DNA of 64,000 bases. Origin: an uncultured delta proteobacterium (GTDB lineage Bacteria; Desulfobacterota; Binatia; Binatales; Binataceae). A program made the translations under genes and the position numbers. Location: the NCBI GenBank assembly GCA_963842085.1, contig CAWJET010000002.1, positions 1,344,001-1,408,000 on the forward strand, given 5' to 3'. Under the pieces are notes generated by a model. That model was not told the origin of the DNA, did no database searches, and was given only the letters and a program-made list of their open reading frames with translations. Positions 60,941 through 64,000 of this stretch are shown in pieces. Within the stretch, counting starts at the first letter, position 1. Every line of letters begins with the position of its first letter.

Positions 60941-61187
60941 GAAATGTGTGAACGCTGCCGGAATGTTGGCAAGCAACGCTGGTAGACTATCTTCTCCGGT
61001 TTCGCATGAACAAGATCGGCGCGTTTGTGCGCGAAAAATGTTACGAGGCCTCGAGACAAGCGAGGGTCCACACATTGCGCAAGTACATGGTCCAGGAAGC
61101 CGGTGCCGCGAGTACCTTTTTGAAATTTTTGGTAACGCGCTTTTTTCGGGTTGGGCGCGAGGCAACAGCGCGCCCGAAGGTATTCAA

Positions 61188-61642
61188 ATGACATCTCGAA
61201 CCGAGATGCAGACCAAGCGTGGCGGATTTCTGACAGCGATGGCCATCCTTCTGGGGTTGGCGGTGATCGTGGACGTGCTCAAGGCTTTCACGAAGCCGCC
61301 GCCACCCGGGCACAAATGATGGGGCTGAAAATGCCAACCACCGGTATCGTGGCTCTTGGCGTGCGTCACACCGGGTCGGGCGCGGCAATCCTGGCACTGC
61401 TGGGGGCTGCAGTTTTGTTTTTCTACGAAGTGGGGATCTGGCGCATCAAGCGCTACGCCATGACGGTTGCCTGGATCTACGCCGCGTACGTGATTCTCAA
61501 TGTCACGCTGTTCACGATCCGAAATCCTGCGCCGTCAACGCCGGGCGCGATGATTTTCGCAATCGTCTATTTGATCGGCGCGATCATGCTCACCGTCAGG
61601 ACCGCGATCGCGCTCACGCACCGTAGTGCGGACCTCAGCTAA
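61188..61642 (+). pseudogene. Membrane protein split by a frameshift near 61318
   Basis: MTSRTEMQTKRGGFLTAMAILL... stops at 61319; TM helices continue in another frame. Confidence 0.6.
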
Positions 61643-61699
61643 CTCTACTGTCAGGGCGGAGTAGTCAAATGACATTTTCGAACCGAGATGAAAGAACAG

Positions 61700-61935
61700 A
61701 TTATAGCCGCGGGCATATTCGCCTATGGCTTCGTTCGCGGTACGCTGGTTGTGCCGGGCGATGTAGCGGCAACAGCGCCAACATCTTGGAGCACGTGTTT
61801 ATCGATTAGGCTTCGCGGCCGGAATCATCTTGCTTCCGTGCAATATACCTTTGGCGCTCATGTTCTATGAATTGTTCAGGTCAGTGAACAGCAGTCTCTC
61901 TCTGCTCGTGGCGTTCTTCATCCTCGTGGGGACCT
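61700..61935 (+). pseudogene. DUF4386-like membrane protein remnant
   Basis: GIFAYGFVRGTLVVPGD.AATA / LALMFYELFRSVNSSLSLLVAFF in different frames. Confidence 0.6.
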
Positions 61936-62305
61936 GTGGCTTGTCAAAGCTTAGTCCATGCGGGGATCGCCTCCCATGGATGCCGGCCGACACCATCGCT
62001 GACAGACATGCATCGTAGGCAGCGGCGTCCTCGCTCACCCCGGTGAAGCACACGATAACTATTTCAGGATAACCACACGCGTAGTGGGTGGAAGGTCCGG
62101 TTTGCCGCGCGAGTGACAGCAGCCCAAGCGCCCCCCGAGCTTCGCCGCCGAAGGCGCGCGCGATTGCGCCGAAAAAATTTTTGAGAATTGGAAACCGTTG
62201 CCGCAGCTACGGCGCACGCGAGACGACGTCGCCCTAGTTGTCGAAAAGCGTGGTCGGGCGCGGTCGTGACCACGGGAGCACCGAGCGGCGCGCCATCGCT
62301 TCTTG

Positions 62306-62779
62306 TCAAGGCTGCGACTTTTTGTAGGCGTGCACGGTAAAGTCGGTGCCGCGAACTGCTCCGACCGAGTTGGGCGTGTGAACCTCGAACGTCGTGGTGC
62401 TGCCACGCATCGCGCCGTTGATCACCGAATGCAGCGTGCCTTCCACCAGCCCGACCTTGCTCGGTGCGCCGACTCCGTTCACGAGGACACTCTCATCTAT
62501 CGTCAGCGTCGTCGACGCGCTCAATTGCAGGAAACTATTATCGACCAGGCCGATCGTCAGCGACGCGTTCGGGTCCGTAACGATCTTATCGTGCAGCATG
62601 ACTGCCTCATTCACCATCGCCGGCGTCGTCGCGCCATTGCGCTGGATGCTCGCCACACCTTGAAGTTGCGTGATCGTGCCAACGGTGTTTTGCGCATTTT
62701 GCGCATGCGCCGCCAGGACCGCTGCCACAAGCGTCAGCATCACCAGTCCGAAGAGCGCAGCCATTCGCAAGAAACTCAT
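62306..62779 (-). CDS. Secreted FecR-domain protein, short paralog of 11951-12721
   Basis: High identity up to FEVHTPN..GAVRGT, then stops. Confidence 0.78.
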   Translation of the reverse strand: MSFLRMAALFGLVMLTLVAAVLAAHAQNAQNTVGTITQLQGVASIQRNGATTPAMVNEAVMLHDKIVTDPNASLTIGLVDNSFLQLSASTTLTIDESVLVNGVGAPSKVGLVEGTLHSVINGAMRGSTTTFEVHTPNSVGAVRGTDFTVHAYKKSQP

Positions 62780-63712
62780 CCGAAATTTCCGCTTTCAAAA
62801 CGCTGAGTCCTACTAGCACCGACCCCGGGCGTTTAGCAAATGCGAAGTTCGAGATTCTGAGTCCAATGGGCCTTCCAGCGCGCCCCCAATGAGAACGAGT
62901 ATTCGCGGATCGGCCTAAAAGTGCCCGCTTAGCGGGGCGCTTGCGCTCACGGTAAGCTGTCCGCCTCGCCGAACCGCTTCCGTCCTGATGCGGTTCGCTC
63001 TTTGTGCCCGTTGGCGGCGGCACTTGAGGGGCAGTTACACCCCGCCAATGCCCGATGCGCCGGACCGCGTCGATCATCAGCTTGAGCGCGATGAGGGAGC
63101 GTCCTCGGGGCCAAGGTCCCGCTCAAGCTCGGTTGATTCCTTGATCTCGGCGACGAGACGTGGCGGCTAATCGCCCGCGTCGCGAAACAGCGACCGATTC
63201 CAAGTCGAGCCCAGCAATGGGACGACGTAGTTGCCGGGATTCGCCTGGATCTCGTCGGGCGCCGACGGATAGTTGTCGAGGAACTGTTGCAGCGCGGGAT
63301 GCAAAAGGAACGGAACACCGTCAAAAGACACGGTGTTAGGTATTCCTACTATTTGTAGAAACAAGTTGCCTGTTAACCCGGTGCGCGCCGTACAACTAGC
63401 CATCACATGCGGCATAGTGAACGGGTGCGCACGAGATGAACAGGCGTTACACCCTGGGAGAGCGTGAGGATGCGCCCAGCGAACTCAACCTGGAATCCAC
63501 TATCCGGGACTTGAGATCAGCTAGGCGGAATCCTCGCAATCTGGAAAGCTGAACCGCCTTCTGCTCAAATTTCGCAAACTCTGAGAGGGGGGCGGTCTCC
63601 AGCGGCCGCGTTCGGTGGAGCGACCGCGCGCTGCAAGAGCGCGAGCCAATGGATTTGCTGCAGGTGACCCGCCTCTCCTGAAGAACTCATCCCAACGAAT
63701 TCATTGCTGCAG

Positions 63713-63985
63713 CTATTGCTTCATCACGATCACGTTGCCGTCGTTATCCACCTTCAGGCAATCGACTTGCTGGCCCGAATAGAATGCCCCGCAAACCGAT
63801 TTATCCACGCTCGGGCATTTGTAGAGATTGGGGGCCGTCTGCTCGCATTGCGTTAGGTCGAAATGCAGCTTGGTCTGCAGTTTGTTCTCCTGGGCCTGCG
63901 ACGGCGAGAAAATGTAGCATCCCGACAGTGCGAGCGTTGCTGCCGAAATCATCAACGCCGCCATTCGTATCGACCGTCCGCTCAT
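63713..63985 (-). CDS. Small Cys-rich lipoprotein
   Basis: LSGC lipobox, four further Cys, GGAGG RBS. Confidence 0.72.
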   Translation of the reverse strand: MSGRSIRMAALMISAATLALSGCYIFSPSQAQENKLQTKLHFDLTQCEQTAPNLYKCPSVDKSVCGAFYSGQQVDCLKVDNDGNVIVMKQ

Positions 63986-64000
63986 AACTGTTCCCTCCCG

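Noticed and set aside
62950-63420. Protein-like fragments (e.g. 63167-63415)
   Set aside because: Possibly a remnant, but no family could be assigned
1-64000. CRISPR arrays, tRNA/rRNA genes, integron attC arrays
   Set aside because: No regularly spaced repeats or RNA-gene signatures recognised by eye; a covariance-model scan was not possible

Overview
GC-rich bacterial DNA. The gene repertoire (multiple LLM/F420-type oxidoreductases, DUF1329, S53 peptidase, MKPRHAAALAL-type small secreted proteins) suggests a soil Candidatus Binatota-like organism; this is an inference only. Bases 1-12.7 kb hold a minus-strand exopolysaccharide/capsule locus: Wzx, CDP-sugar genes (rfbF, rfbG, rfbC-like, reductase), an O-antigen-ligase-TPR protein, Wzc, Wza and two secreted proteins. 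Bases 12.8-45 kb and 57.8-64 kb are a plastic region. There, intact single genes are interspersed with many gene remnants, three copies of one MFS transporter, an intact-looking IS3-family element, an IS3 relic, a MITE, an inverted-repeat-bounded VOC gene cassette and an orphan contractile-injection-system tube gene. The best candidate for an undescribed system is the intact ~11-12 kb cluster at 45.3-57.7 kb. An SCP2-type thiolase and a Cys-rich U32 protein converge on a tightly coupled 9-gene operon: nitroreductase, small unknown protein, CoA-transferase A/B, large SagB/nitroreductase-fold protein, 4-TM protein, and three adenylate-forming-enzyme homologues, two apparently lacking catalytic motifs. 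A radical SAM gene lies upstream. All assignments come from motif recognition by eye; no searches were run.
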